From the NCBI GenBank assembly GCA_001780775.1, contig MFIO01000008.1, forward strand, positions 1-55,795: 55,795 bases of DNA, written 5' to 3'. The position numbers were made by a program, and so were the translations under genes. How positions within the stretch are numbered: position 1 is the stretch's first letter; the number at the start of each line of letters is the position of its first letter. The stretch comes from Candidatus Giovannonibacteria bacterium RIFCSPLOWO2_12_FULL_43_11c (GTDB lineage: Bacteria; Patescibacteriota; Minisyncoccia; JACPKW01; UBA11713). The notes beneath the pieces were generated by a model. That model had not been told where the DNA came from. It saw only the letters and a list, made by a program, of their open reading frames with translations, and did not search any database. This document shows, piece after piece, positions 45,031 through 53,649 of the stretch.

Positions 45031-46820
45031 TGAATCCCGAAACCAAAATCTGCCAAAATTGTTATCAAAACTTCACGATCGAACCGGAGGATTTTAAGTT
45101 TTATGAGAAAATTTCAGTCCCCCCGCCGACCTGGTGCCCGGAGTGCAGGATGATACGTAGGTTTACCTTTCGAAACGAGCATACACTTTTTCGTAGAAAG
45201 TGTGATTTATGCGGGAAGGATATAGTTGCAAATTTTTCAGCAAATGGGAAATCCAGAGTTTATTGCCCTGAATGTTGGTGGTCAGATAAATGGGATCCAC
45301 TATCTTATGGAAAAGAATATGATTTTTCTAAATCATTTTTTGAACAATTTAGGTCTATAGCTAAAATAACTCCGCATTTAAATCTATGGGCCTTCAACAT
45401 GGTAAATAGTGATTACGCAAATTATTGCGGCTACGGAAAAAATATTTATTTATCAGTTTCTGTCGTGGGGGGAGAAGATATTTACTATTCTTCTTACCTC
45501 GATAAAAGCTTTAATATTTTTGATTCCGATAAAGTTAAGGATTCAGAGCTGTGTTATGAGAATATAAATGGCGCCAATAACAGCAGATCCCATTTCCTTG
45601 TCGATTCGCGAGATTGTATCGATTCTTTATTTTTGTATAACTGCGTCAACTGTCAGAATTGCTTTATGAGTTCTAATTTGCGAAATAAGAAATTTCATAT
45701 CAGGAATGAGCCATATTCTAAAGAAGAATATTTTAAAAAACTTGAAGATAATAACTTGGGCTCAAATAAATCAATCACTGAGCTAAAAGTGGATTTTTCA
45801 GAATTACACAAAAACGCCCTTCATAAATTTGCGGCTGTCATTAAATCAGTTGGCGTAACTGGCGATAATATTACCGCCTCTAAAAATTCACACAACGTAT
45901 ATAATGCTGAAGAAGTTGAAAATGTTAATTTTTCTTGGCGTGTTCACCATCTAAAAGATTCTTATGATGTTGCTGGCGTAATATTTTCTGAACTATGTTA
46001 CGAAGTCAGTACTGGTGGTGACTACAATTATCTTGGTAAATTTTATACGCATAGCAAATCAGTAAATAATTTTGAGTATTCTCATTTTTCTCCAGATTCT
46101 TCAAATCTTTTCGGCTGTTACGGCCTCCGCTCGAAATCCTACTGCATCCTAAACAAGCAATACACCAAGGAAGAATATGAAACACTAGTGCCTCGTATCA
46201 TCAAACACATGAACGATATGCCCTATATAGACAAGAAGGGCAGAGTATACAAATATGGCGAATTCTTCCCTCCAGAGCTATCCCCCTTCTCATATAACGA
46301 AACCATAGCTCAAGAGTACTTCCCATTAACCAAGGAAGAAGCTTTAAACCAAGGCTATTCATGGAAAGACACTGAACCTAGAAACTATCAAATAACACTA
46401 AAGACAGAGGACATCCCAGATCACATCAAAGATGTGCCCGATTCCATCCTCAACGACATAATCCAATGCGCTCACAATATTGGGACATCCGATGATGTCC
46501 AGAATTGTAACGAACAATGCACTGAAGCATATCGCATCATCCCTCAAGAACTAGACTTCCTACGTAAACAAAACCTTCCTATACCCAGACTCTGTCCTAA
46601 CTGCAGACACTACTCTAGAATCAAACAAAGGAACCCACTTAAGCTATGGCATAGGAAATGCCAATGTGCTGGATCTAAATCAGAGAATCAAGTCTATGCT
46701 AATACTATCGCTCATGAACACGGCGAGAATCATTGCGAAAATAACTTTGAGACTACATATGCTCCAGAGAGACAGGAGATTGTTTATTGTGAGAGTTGTT
46801 ATTTGAAAGAAGTTGTATGA
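45030..46820 (+). CDS. Cys-rich protein with N- and C-terminal zinc-ribbon modules (paralogue 2)
   Basis: 596 aa. The N-terminal 40 aa and C-terminal 200 aa are closely similar to 26798..28585. The first core half has lost most of its cysteines. Confidence 0.6.
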   Translation: MNPETKICQNCYQNFTIEPEDFKFYEKISVPPPTWCPECRMIRRFTFRNEHTLFRRKCDLCGKDIVANFSANGKSRVYCPECWWSDKWDPLSYGKEYDFSKSFFEQFRSIAKITPHLNLWAFNMVNSDYANYCGYGKNIYLSVSVVGGEDIYYSSYLDKSFNIFDSDKVKDSELCYENINGANNSRSHFLVDSRDCIDSLFLYNCVNCQNCFMSSNLRNKKFHIRNEPYSKEEYFKKLEDNNLGSNKSITELKVDFSELHKNALHKFAAVIKSVGVTGDNITASKNSHNVYNAEEVENVNFSWRVHHLKDSYDVAGVIFSELCYEVSTGGDYNYLGKFYTHSKSVNNFEYSHFSPDSSNLFGCYGLRSKSYCILNKQYTKEEYETLVPRIIKHMNDMPYIDKKGRVYKYGEFFPPELSPFSYNETIAQEYFPLTKEEALNQGYSWKDTEPRNYQITLKTEDIPDHIKDVPDSILNDIIQCAHNIGTSDDVQNCNEQCTEAYRIIPQELDFLRKQNLPIPRLCPNCRHYSRIKQRNPLKLWHRKCQCAGSKSENQVYANTIAHEHGENHCENNFETTYAPERQEIVYCESCYLKEVV

Positions 46821-47995
46821 AGGACAAAGAAATCGAAAAATTAATTAAAGCCGAAGAGAAGCGCCAAAAAAGCGTCATTAATTTGATACCATCCGAGAAT
46901 TATGTTTCGGATGATGTTTTGAGAGCTCTGGGCTCGGTGCTCAATAACAAATATTCCGAGGGGTATCCGGGAGCAAGGTATTACGGTGGGAACGTCATTA
47001 TTGATAGAGTAGAGGAACTTTGCCAGAAGCGCGCGCTCAAACTTTTTAAATTAAATCCGAGCCAATGGCATACCAATGTCCAGCCGCATTCAGGATCTCC
47101 TGCGAATCTCGCGGTATATTCGGCGTTAGTCCCGATCGGGGGAAAAATTATGGGGCTTTTATTATCTTCCGGGGGACACTTAACCCACGGGCAGAAAATG
47201 TCTATGACGGGGAAAATCTGGAAGCAAGTTCCGTATGAAGTTGATCCAAAGACAGAGACTCTAGATTATGAAGCGCTTAAAAAACTCGCGATTGGGGAGA
47301 AGCCGAATATAATAGTCGCGGGCTACACCGCCTACCCGAGATTTGTCGATTGGAAAAAATTCAGGGAGATTGCAGACGCATCAGGAGCGATTTTGATGGT
47401 AGATATGTCACATATGGCGGGACTCGTCGCGGGGAGAGTTTATCCGAGTCCGTTTGCGTATGCGGATATTGTAACCACGACGACGCATAAGACTCTGCGC
47501 GGGCCGAGGGCGGCCATAATCTTCGCGAAGAAAGGCGAACGAGGTTTTGAGAAAAAAATTGATAAAGCAATAATCCCCGGGCTTCAAGGAGGTCCGCACG
47601 AAAATGCCATAGCGGCGGTTGCTGTGTGTCTCAAAGAAGCGATGAGCCCGAATTTTAAAAAATATGCGAAGCAGATTGTTAAAAACGCGAAAGTGCTCGC
47701 GGACGAACTTAAAAAAAGAGGGTGGCGAATAATTTCTGGCGGGACCGATTCCCATTTGCTTCTAGTTGATACATGGATGGGAGGAAAGGGAATTTCCGGG
47801 AAAGACGCTGAGAGGGCTTTGGAGAAAGGCGGCATAATTGTAAATAAAAACACAATCCCGGGCGACCCGAGGGGACCCCTCGACCCATCCGGCATCCGCC
47901 TCGGCACCCCAGCGGTTACCACGCAGGGGATGAAAGAGCGCGACATGGTGAAAATAGCTGAGAGAATAGATAGGATTTTGAAGTTGAAAACTTAG
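46817..47995 (+). CDS. glyA: serine hydroxymethyltransferase
   Basis: NLIPSENYVS and TTTTHKTLRGPR. The start is taken at ATG 46817, an ATGA overlap. Confidence 0.95.
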   Translation: MKDKEIEKLIKAEEKRQKSVINLIPSENYVSDDVLRALGSVLNNKYSEGYPGARYYGGNVIIDRVEELCQKRALKLFKLNPSQWHTNVQPHSGSPANLAVYSALVPIGGKIMGLLLSSGGHLTHGQKMSMTGKIWKQVPYEVDPKTETLDYEALKKLAIGEKPNIIVAGYTAYPRFVDWKKFREIADASGAILMVDMSHMAGLVAGRVYPSPFAYADIVTTTTHKTLRGPRAAIIFAKKGERGFEKKIDKAIIPGLQGGPHENAIAAVAVCLKEAMSPNFKKYAKQIVKNAKVLADELKKRGWRIISGGTDSHLLLVDTWMGGKGISGKDAERALEKGGIIVNKNTIPGDPRGPLDPSGIRLGTPAVTTQGMKERDMVKIAERIDRILKLKT

Positions 47996-48033
47996 TTTTT
48001 ATGTTATACTCTTTATAAAAAGGAGGTGTTCTT

Positions 48034-48309
48034 ATGATCTCGATAGAGATTTCTGCACGGATGCTTCGCGCTGTGGTCGGCTCCTCATTTATTTTAGCAG
48101 GGATCATTCTTGCCGTATTGGCTCTTTGGCTGAAACCAAAACTCTGCGATCGCTGGTTCAGAGGTTTTGCTTTACTTGGGTATCTGTGGTTTATAATGAA
48201 ATCTGCGCTCAAGGAGGAAATTTTAGATTTGCTTTTTATAGATAAAGTTTTTATAATGGAATCATGCCTACAATTTCTATTCCAAAAAGGCTTGCCAAAG
48301 AAGATTTAA
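48034..48309 (+). CDS. small hypothetical membrane protein
   Basis: A strong AGGAGG lies 7 nt upstream. The 91-aa product has about 2 TM helices. Confidence 0.4.
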   Translation: MISIEISARMLRAVVGSSFILAGIILAVLALWLKPKLCDRWFRGFALLGYLWFIMKSALKEEILDLLFIDKVFIMESCLQFLFQKGLPKKI

Positions 48310-48518
48310 TAGTAATCCCAAAAAGAGAGTACGAAGAGTTTTCACAATGGAGGAAAAACATTAGAATTCGATTGGATGATAGCTGGTTTTGGACGAAGGA
48401 ATGGCAGAAAAAAGAAGCGGAAGCTGATAAAGCGATACGAAACGGTAAAATCGAAGGGCCATTTAGTGACTCCAGCGATCTTCTCGTGGCATTAAAATCA
48501 ACGCGAAAGAAAAAATAA
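48264..48518 (+). CDS. putative antitoxin (84 aa)
   Basis: Small ORF ending 4 nt before a RelE/ParE-like toxin gene. Confidence 0.5.
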   Translation: MPTISIPKRLAKEDLIVIPKREYEEFSQWRKNIRIRLDDSWFWTKEWQKKEAEADKAIRNGKIEGPFSDSSDLLVALKSTRKKK

Positions 48519-48522
48519 GACG

Positions 48523-48783
48523 GTGCGGATTTTATTTTCGGAGCCATTCAAAAAGAATTACAAAGCTTTGCATGCAGGGATAAAAAAAGCGCTGGATAAA
48601 GCACTTACGTTTTTATCGCAAAATCCTCGCCACCACTCGCTACGCTTCAAAAAACTTCACGGCACAGATATTTGGTACGGCAGAATTACTAGAGAATATC
48701 GTTTCACGGCGAATTATCAAGGAGATATAATTATTCTTCGCCGCGCTGGCACACATAAGATTTTGAATAAGGAAAGGAAATAA
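48523..48783 (+). CDS. RelE/ParE-superfamily toxin
   Basis: 86 aa. Has FKKNYKAL...NPRHHSLRFKKLHGTDIWYGRITREYRF...IIILRRAGTH. Confidence 0.6.
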   Translation: MRILFSEPFKKNYKALHAGIKKALDKALTFLSQNPRHHSLRFKKLHGTDIWYGRITREYRFTANYQGDIIILRRAGTHKILNKERK

Positions 48784-48784
48784 T

Positions 48785-49600
48785 ATGATTGTTAACGGAA
48801 AGGCCATCGCCCAGAAAATTAAATCCTCGCTCAAAGAGGAAATTTCGAAGTCAGGCAAGAAAATACGGCTGGCGGTTTTGAAAGTTGGGAAAGATCCGGT
48901 GACGGCGAAATATCTCGAAGTTAAGAAAAAATTCGCGGAGGCAATTGGGGTAGACGTGCGGATTTACGAAGTAAGCGTGGATATTTCAAATAATAAATTG
49001 CGCGAGAAACTTTCAGAAATAGTTCATATCGAGGAAAATACGGGAGTAATAGTCCAGCTCCCTTTGCCAGAGAAAATAAATATGCAGTATATTTTGGACG
49101 CGATAATTCCGGAAAAAGATCCGGATATGCTTTCTTCGCGCGCATTGGGGAAGTTTTCGACCGGCAAATCACGGATATTGCCACCGGTCGTCGGCGCTAT
49201 CAAAGCCATTTTTGACGAAAATAAAATAGAATTGAAAGGGAAAAACGCGGTCGTCGTCGGCGCAGGGAAGCTTGTCGGCAAACCAGTGGCATCTTGGCTT
49301 ATTGGAGAAGGGGCAACGGTATCGGTGATTGACGAGAATACCAAAAATCCCGAAGATTACACAAAAAAAGCTGATATAATAATTTCCGGAGTAGGGAAGC
49401 CAAAAATAATAAAAGGAGATATGGTTCAGGATGGAGTTATTGCTATTGATTGCGGGACATCAGAGTCGTCGGGGCAGGTGGTTGGCGATATTGATCCCGA
49501 TATTTCCAAAAAAGCTTCGATATTCGCGCCGGTTCCAGGCGGTGTCGGGCCAATTACAATTGCTATGCTTTTTAAAAATCTAATTGAACTCGCAAAATGA
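48785..49600 (+). CDS. folD: bifunctional methylene-THF dehydrogenase / methenyl-THF cyclohydrolase
   Basis: GVIVQLPLP, VVGAGKLVGKPV, PVPGGVGPIT. Confidence 0.9.
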   Translation: MIVNGKAIAQKIKSSLKEEISKSGKKIRLAVLKVGKDPVTAKYLEVKKKFAEAIGVDVRIYEVSVDISNNKLREKLSEIVHIEENTGVIVQLPLPEKINMQYILDAIIPEKDPDMLSSRALGKFSTGKSRILPPVVGAIKAIFDENKIELKGKNAVVVGAGKLVGKPVASWLIGEGATVSVIDENTKNPEDYTKKADIIISGVGKPKIIKGDMVQDGVIAIDCGTSESSGQVVGDIDPDISKKASIFAPVPGGVGPITIAMLFKNLIELAK

Positions 49601-50079
49601 TTTATAATAATCTTGTCGTATTTCTCGGTAATTATCTTGCATGGATTTTGGGCGCGGTTCTGATTTTTTTTGCACTTTATCAAAACAGAAAAAATTTCCG
49701 CGTGGCAGTAGAGGCGCTTTTTGCAGGAATCATTTCGAGATTTATATTTACGGAGATAATAAGATATTTTCATGATAAGCCTAGGCCGTTTGAAATCGAT
49801 GGGTCAATTCCTCTCATTTTGCACGAAGTCGGGAAATCATTTCCGTCCGGGCACGCGGCGTTTTTTTTCGCAATTGCCGCGACACTATTTATCTATAATC
49901 GTAGATGGGGAATTGTATTTTTTATTGCGGCGATCGCGATGGGTGCCGGGCGCGTCTTGGCTCATATCCATTGGCCTATCGATATTTTAGGCGGAGCCGT
50001 TATAGGAATTGTGTCCGCCGCAATTGTATGGAAAGTTATGCACAAATTTAATTTGACGCATCAAAGGGAATCAGCTTAA
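49597..50079 (+). CDS. PAP2-family phosphatase (undecaprenyl-diphosphatase-like)
   Basis: SFPSGHAAFFFA and RVLAHIHWPIDILGG. Confidence 0.75.
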   Translation: MIYNNLVVFLGNYLAWILGAVLIFFALYQNRKNFRVAVEALFAGIISRFIFTEIIRYFHDKPRPFEIDGSIPLILHEVGKSFPSGHAAFFFAIAATLFIYNRRWGIVFFIAAIAMGAGRVLAHIHWPIDILGGAVIGIVSAAIVWKVMHKFNLTHQRESA

Positions 50080-50104
50080 TCTAATAAAGTTCCTCTAAAA
50101 ATTA

Positions 50105-50214
50105 ATGCAGTTTCTTGATTACGGTCGTAGGTTGGGGAAGTAGGTGCGAATCCTACACAGTGCCGCTACGGTAATCCGCCCATGAGGTGGAAAGTCCGAT
50201 GGCCAACCCTGCAT
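50105..50214 (+). promoter_or_regulatory. cobalamin riboswitch
   Basis: P1 is ATGCAG/CTGCAT and an inner helix is GGTTGG/CCAACC. The core is GGAAGTAGGTGCGAATCCTACACAGTGCCGCTACGGTAA. The B12-box-like segment is AAGTCCGATGGCCAACC. Confidence 0.75.
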
Positions 50215-50270
50215 GAATAGAATTTTTTCCTCGAGCAAGGTCTATTTTATTAGATTTAATTTAATTACAT

Positions 50271-50295
50271 CCGCCTCGGGGCGGTTTTTTGTTTT
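50271..50295 (+). terminator. intrinsic terminator (riboswitch expression platform)
   Basis: CCGCC-TCGG-GGCGG followed by TTTTTTGTTTT, ending at the ATG of 50296. Confidence 0.65.
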
Positions 50296-51885
50296 ATGTT
50301 CAATAGAAAAATAAAAAATTATATAGTCACAGTCTTACTTTTATCAGCTTTCGTTTTATTGCCGTTATTTCCCGTTCGTGGGAATGTCGATCAATCTATC
50401 GCATATTTAAAAACTAAAACTCCGAACCCATGGATAACCATGGCGCTTTCTGCGGTGGGCGAAAATCCGGACGTTGATTATTTAAAATCATTCGTCGGCG
50501 CTTCCGCTTCCGATTACGAAGCCGCTATTTTGGCTTTGACGGCGGCAGGCAAAGATCCCAGGTCTTTTCCGAACGAGAATTTTGTGCAAAAACTTAAAAG
50601 TTTTTATTCAAACGGGCAGATCGGCGACCCGTCTTTGTTGAACGACGATATTTTCGGCCTCTTGGCTTTATTGGCCGCGGGCGAGCCAATCGGCGACGAA
50701 GTAGCAAGCGGCGCGAAAAATTTCATTGTTCAAAATCAAAAAGAGGACGGCGGCTGGGCCTTCGCGCTGTCTACGGGGAGCGATACCAATATGACCTCCA
50801 TGACCTTGATGGCTCTTCTGGAAGCTGGCGCTTCCAAGACGGATGCGAATATTTCCAAGGCGGTCGGTTATCTTAAAGACGCCCAGAATTCCGACGGAGG
50901 ATTTCCCTATGATCCGAAAAGTTCATTTGGAACCTCATCCGACGCTTCGTCGGACGCGTGGGCGTTGTCGGCTTTGAACAAATTGGGCGAAGATTTGAAC
51001 GGATGGAAAAAAGACGGTCAAGGTCCATCCGAACATTTATCAGGCCTCGAGGCCCCATCTGGATATTTTGAATTCCAAAAGGGGAGCGGGGAAGATGCCT
51101 TTAGTCTCGTAACCACTTCTTACGCGGTAATCGCGCTTAGCGGCAAATATTATCCGGTTTCAAAAATCGCGCTCCAGGAAAACCCCTCAGTCAGTTTTAA
51201 AATAGAAGGGAAAACCAAAACATATTGCAAGGGCGAGGCACAGGCTCCCGATGCTTTGGAGCTGGTAAAAATAGCGGCCTCTAATTGCAATTTCACTTAT
51301 AACATCAAAGATACTTCTTACGGACCGTATTTGGAACAGATCGGAGATGACAAGGCTTCAGGAACCGACGGCTGGCTCTACGCTGTAAATTTTATACTGC
51401 CTAATATCGGCGCGGCGGATTACAAACTTAAGATCGGTGATTATGTTTTATGGCATTTCGGCGAATTTGATTGGCAGCCGCAAAGTTCCAGTGTAACGCT
51501 AAGCGCTAAAGTTGGAGGTTCGGCGGGAAATCCAGGCGGCGATAATCAAAATCCGGGCGAGGGCGAAATTTCTTTGAGCGTATCTATACCGGGAGCCGGA
51601 GGAAGTTTGGATTTCGGCGACATCTTGCCCGGGGAAAGTCGGACTAAAACCGTTAAAGTTACGAATTCCGGCAATGTTGCGCTTACGATTGAGAGCATCG
51701 TTACTGGGGATGATGTATTCAGAAATTATCTTAAAGTAAATAACCTTTCATGGCGGGATTTCGGGACAAATCTTGCGCCGGGCGTAAGCGAGGCCGAGAA
51801 AGTCGGCGTTCAAATCCCGTCTTCTTACGCAAGCCCCGGAACAAAAAACGGCCTTCTTATTTTTTGGGGAACACCTGGGCAATGA
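50296..51885 (+). CDS. secreted or anchored transcobalamin-like protein (prenyltransferase-like alpha/alpha toroid + DUF4430 + Ig-like domain)
   Basis: 529 aa with an N-terminal signal or anchor. Has QxxDGG repeats (QNQKEDGGWAF, AQNSDGGFPY). The DUF4430-like segment is GTDGWLYAVNFILPNIGAADYKLKIGDYVLWHF. It is controlled by the B12 riboswitch. Confidence 0.6.
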   Translation: MFNRKIKNYIVTVLLLSAFVLLPLFPVRGNVDQSIAYLKTKTPNPWITMALSAVGENPDVDYLKSFVGASASDYEAAILALTAAGKDPRSFPNENFVQKLKSFYSNGQIGDPSLLNDDIFGLLALLAAGEPIGDEVASGAKNFIVQNQKEDGGWAFALSTGSDTNMTSMTLMALLEAGASKTDANISKAVGYLKDAQNSDGGFPYDPKSSFGTSSDASSDAWALSALNKLGEDLNGWKKDGQGPSEHLSGLEAPSGYFEFQKGSGEDAFSLVTTSYAVIALSGKYYPVSKIALQENPSVSFKIEGKTKTYCKGEAQAPDALELVKIAASNCNFTYNIKDTSYGPYLEQIGDDKASGTDGWLYAVNFILPNIGAADYKLKIGDYVLWHFGEFDWQPQSSSVTLSAKVGGSAGNPGGDNQNPGEGEISLSVSIPGAGGSLDFGDILPGESRTKTVKVTNSGNVALTIESIVTGDDVFRNYLKVNNLSWRDFGTNLAPGVSEAEKVGVQIPSSYASPGTKNGLLIFWGTPGQ

Positions 51886-52409
51886 TTAAATTCGCCGCGG
51901 TTATTTTTGTCTCGCTATTTGTAATCACGGCAAACGCAGAGGCCGTCGGCTTGTCGGTCTCGCCCTCGGAATTGAGGGCATCCGGAACTTTCTATAAACC
52001 CGCATCCGCAAAATTCACGGTTAAAAATTCTTCGGATGGCGTCGCGCTTTTTGAAGTCTATCCGGACGATTTCGGGGATGCCATAAAAATTTCTCCGGAA
52101 AGTTTCATTTTGGAGGCCGGAGAAAAGAGGGAAATCGAGGCCTCGGCGAATTTTAAAAAATTAGGCAAATATTGGACCGATATTTCCATCGTGGCGAAAC
52201 CAGTGGCAAATTCGGCTTTCAAGACCGCCGGGGGGCTGAAGATTCCTTTTTATATTGATGTAAAAGAGGAAAAATCTTCGCAGCTGGGGCTCCTTATATC
52301 TTCCGTAAGCAAAGAGACTTTGATAGTTCTATCCATAATTTTTGCGTTTGCAATTTTGATTTTCTGTTTGAAATATGGTTTTCGAAAATTCAAGAAAGCT
52401 AAAAGTTAG
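51882..52409 (+). CDS. hypothetical protein with signal peptide, beta-sandwich and C-terminal TM anchor
   Basis: ATGA overlap with the upstream gene. The start was chosen at MIKFAAVIFVSLFVITANA. The C-terminal hydrophobic helix is followed by a basic tail. Confidence 0.45.
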   Translation: MIKFAAVIFVSLFVITANAEAVGLSVSPSELRASGTFYKPASAKFTVKNSSDGVALFEVYPDDFGDAIKISPESFILEAGEKREIEASANFKKLGKYWTDISIVAKPVANSAFKTAGGLKIPFYIDVKEEKSSQLGLLISSVSKETLIVLSIIFAFAILIFCLKYGFRKFKKAKS

Positions 52410-52809
52410 TTTAGGAATTGCGGCCGTAGTTTCGCTCCTATCTCTGGGCGCGTATTTATATTTCCACGTCGATTCGCCTACGGGAAATTTTGATTCTGCG
52501 GCGGTAACTTTAATTTTTGATTACGGGGATAGCCGCCGCGAGGTTTTTGCCAATGAGGAGTTTAAACAAGGCGAAAATTTATTCAATTTCACTAAAAACG
52601 AGCTCGCGGCAAAAAACATAATTTTTGAATTTCAGAAGTACCCGTCTTTGGGGAAGATGGTGACCAAAATCGGGGACAAAAAAAATAGCGCGGAAGGGGG
52701 ATATTGGCAATATTGGATAAACGGCAATTACGCTTCTGTTGGCGCCTCTGAATATTTGCTCAAACCCGGAGACAAAATCGAGTGGAAATTTTCCAAATCG
52801 AGTTTTTGA
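52375..52809 (+). CDS. membrane-anchored DUF4430-domain protein
   Basis: 144 aa with an N-terminal TM helix. GGYWQYWINGNYASVGASEYLLKPGDKIEWKF matches the DUF4430 / transcobalamin beta-domain pattern. Confidence 0.55.
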   Translation: MVFENSRKLKVSLGIAAVVSLLSLGAYLYFHVDSPTGNFDSAAVTLIFDYGDSRREVFANEEFKQGENLFNFTKNELAAKNIIFEFQKYPSLGKMVTKIGDKKNSAEGGYWQYWINGNYASVGASEYLLKPGDKIEWKFSKSSF

Positions 52810-52890
52810 GCAACCATCTCTAAATTGACAAAGAATTTCACCGCAAACATATTTGTGATATCCTAGAATAAATGTTTTTAAGGAGGGCGT

Positions 52891-53418
52891 ATGAGGCAAA
52901 TGTACGAGATTGCTCACGATTTAACATCAAATTTTCCGTCCGGCGTCTCGAATCAATTAAAAGCTTGCGGCATTGCCGGGATTTATCTGGAGGATTTAAG
53001 AGAATCTTTGCGCGGCATATTAAAACATAGGTGGGGTCCGCTAAACAGTAATGGGAAACATATGTATATAATTTCCCTCAATATGAATGATACTATCTCG
53101 GATTGGGCGCATACTGTCGGGCATGAACTATGTCATACTTTTCAAGAGGATTATGCATTCAGCGATGAATTGCTATCAAGCTTTTGTCATAAGTATGGGA
53201 TAGTAGTTGAAACGCGAGCGCGATTGCGAGACTATATTAATGGGGACGGGGGCTGCACAAAAGAATCCTTCCATTTTTATTTCGACACGCGAATTAAAGC
53301 CGACGAAGTTTTCTGTGAAATTTTTTCTTCGATCTGGCTTGCTAGGCCCGGCGTTAGATCGGAACTGGAAGAAATCCTCCACGCTCTTTCGGGAGAAAAT
53401 AGTATAATCGCTTTGTGA
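52891..53418 (+). CDS. putative HExxH metallopeptidase (ImmA/IrrE-like)
   Basis: 175 aa with AHTVGHELCHTF. Confidence 0.45.
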   Translation: MRQMYEIAHDLTSNFPSGVSNQLKACGIAGIYLEDLRESLRGILKHRWGPLNSNGKHMYIISLNMNDTISDWAHTVGHELCHTFQEDYAFSDELLSSFCHKYGIVVETRARLRDYINGDGGCTKESFHFYFDTRIKADEVFCEIFSSIWLARPGVRSELEEILHALSGENSIIAL

Positions 53419-53438
53419 TTTAGTTCTTCGGTAACGAG

Positions 53439-53468
53439 AAAACCCGAGTCTTTATGACCCGGGTTTTT
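53439..53468 (+). terminator. intrinsic terminator
   Basis: AAAACCCG-N13-CGGGTTTTT. Confidence 0.55.
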
Positions 53469-53481
53469 GACTTAATAATAA

Positions 53482-53510
53482 TTGACAGGACAATCATTGA
53501 AAGCTAAAGT
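53482..53510 (+). promoter_or_regulatory. putative promoter of tRNA-Leu
   Basis: TTGACA, 17 nt, then TAAAGT. The -10 ends 11 nt before the tRNA 5' end. Confidence 0.45.
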
Positions 53511-53521
53511 GTGAAAATATT

Positions 53522-53605
53522 GCCGCGGTGGCGGAATCGGCAGACGCACAGGACTCAAAATCCTGCGGGCGCAAGCTCATGAGGGTTCGACCCCCTCCCG
53601 CGGCA
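53522..53605 (+). tRNA. tRNA-Leu (anticodon CAA), class II with long variable arm, CCA not encoded
   Basis: The acceptor stem is GCCGCGG/CCGCGGC plus discriminator A. The anticodon loop is CTCAAAA. The T-arm is GAGGGTTCGACCCCCTC. The variable arm is a stem-loop. Confidence 0.9.
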
Positions 53606-53649
53606 CACTGCCTCTCGACTTTTGAATTGATATTATATATCCTTTTATT

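Noticed and set aside
47862-47885. Palindrome CGAGGGG-A-CCCCTCG inside glyA
   Set aside because: It encodes the conserved SHMT segment GDPRGPLDPSG, so it is most likely a chance palindrome rather than an inserted element.
51750-51881. Upstream extension of ORF 51750..52409
   Set aside because: It overlaps the end of the 529-aa gene. The ATG at 51882 (an ATGA overlap) gives a typical signal peptide.
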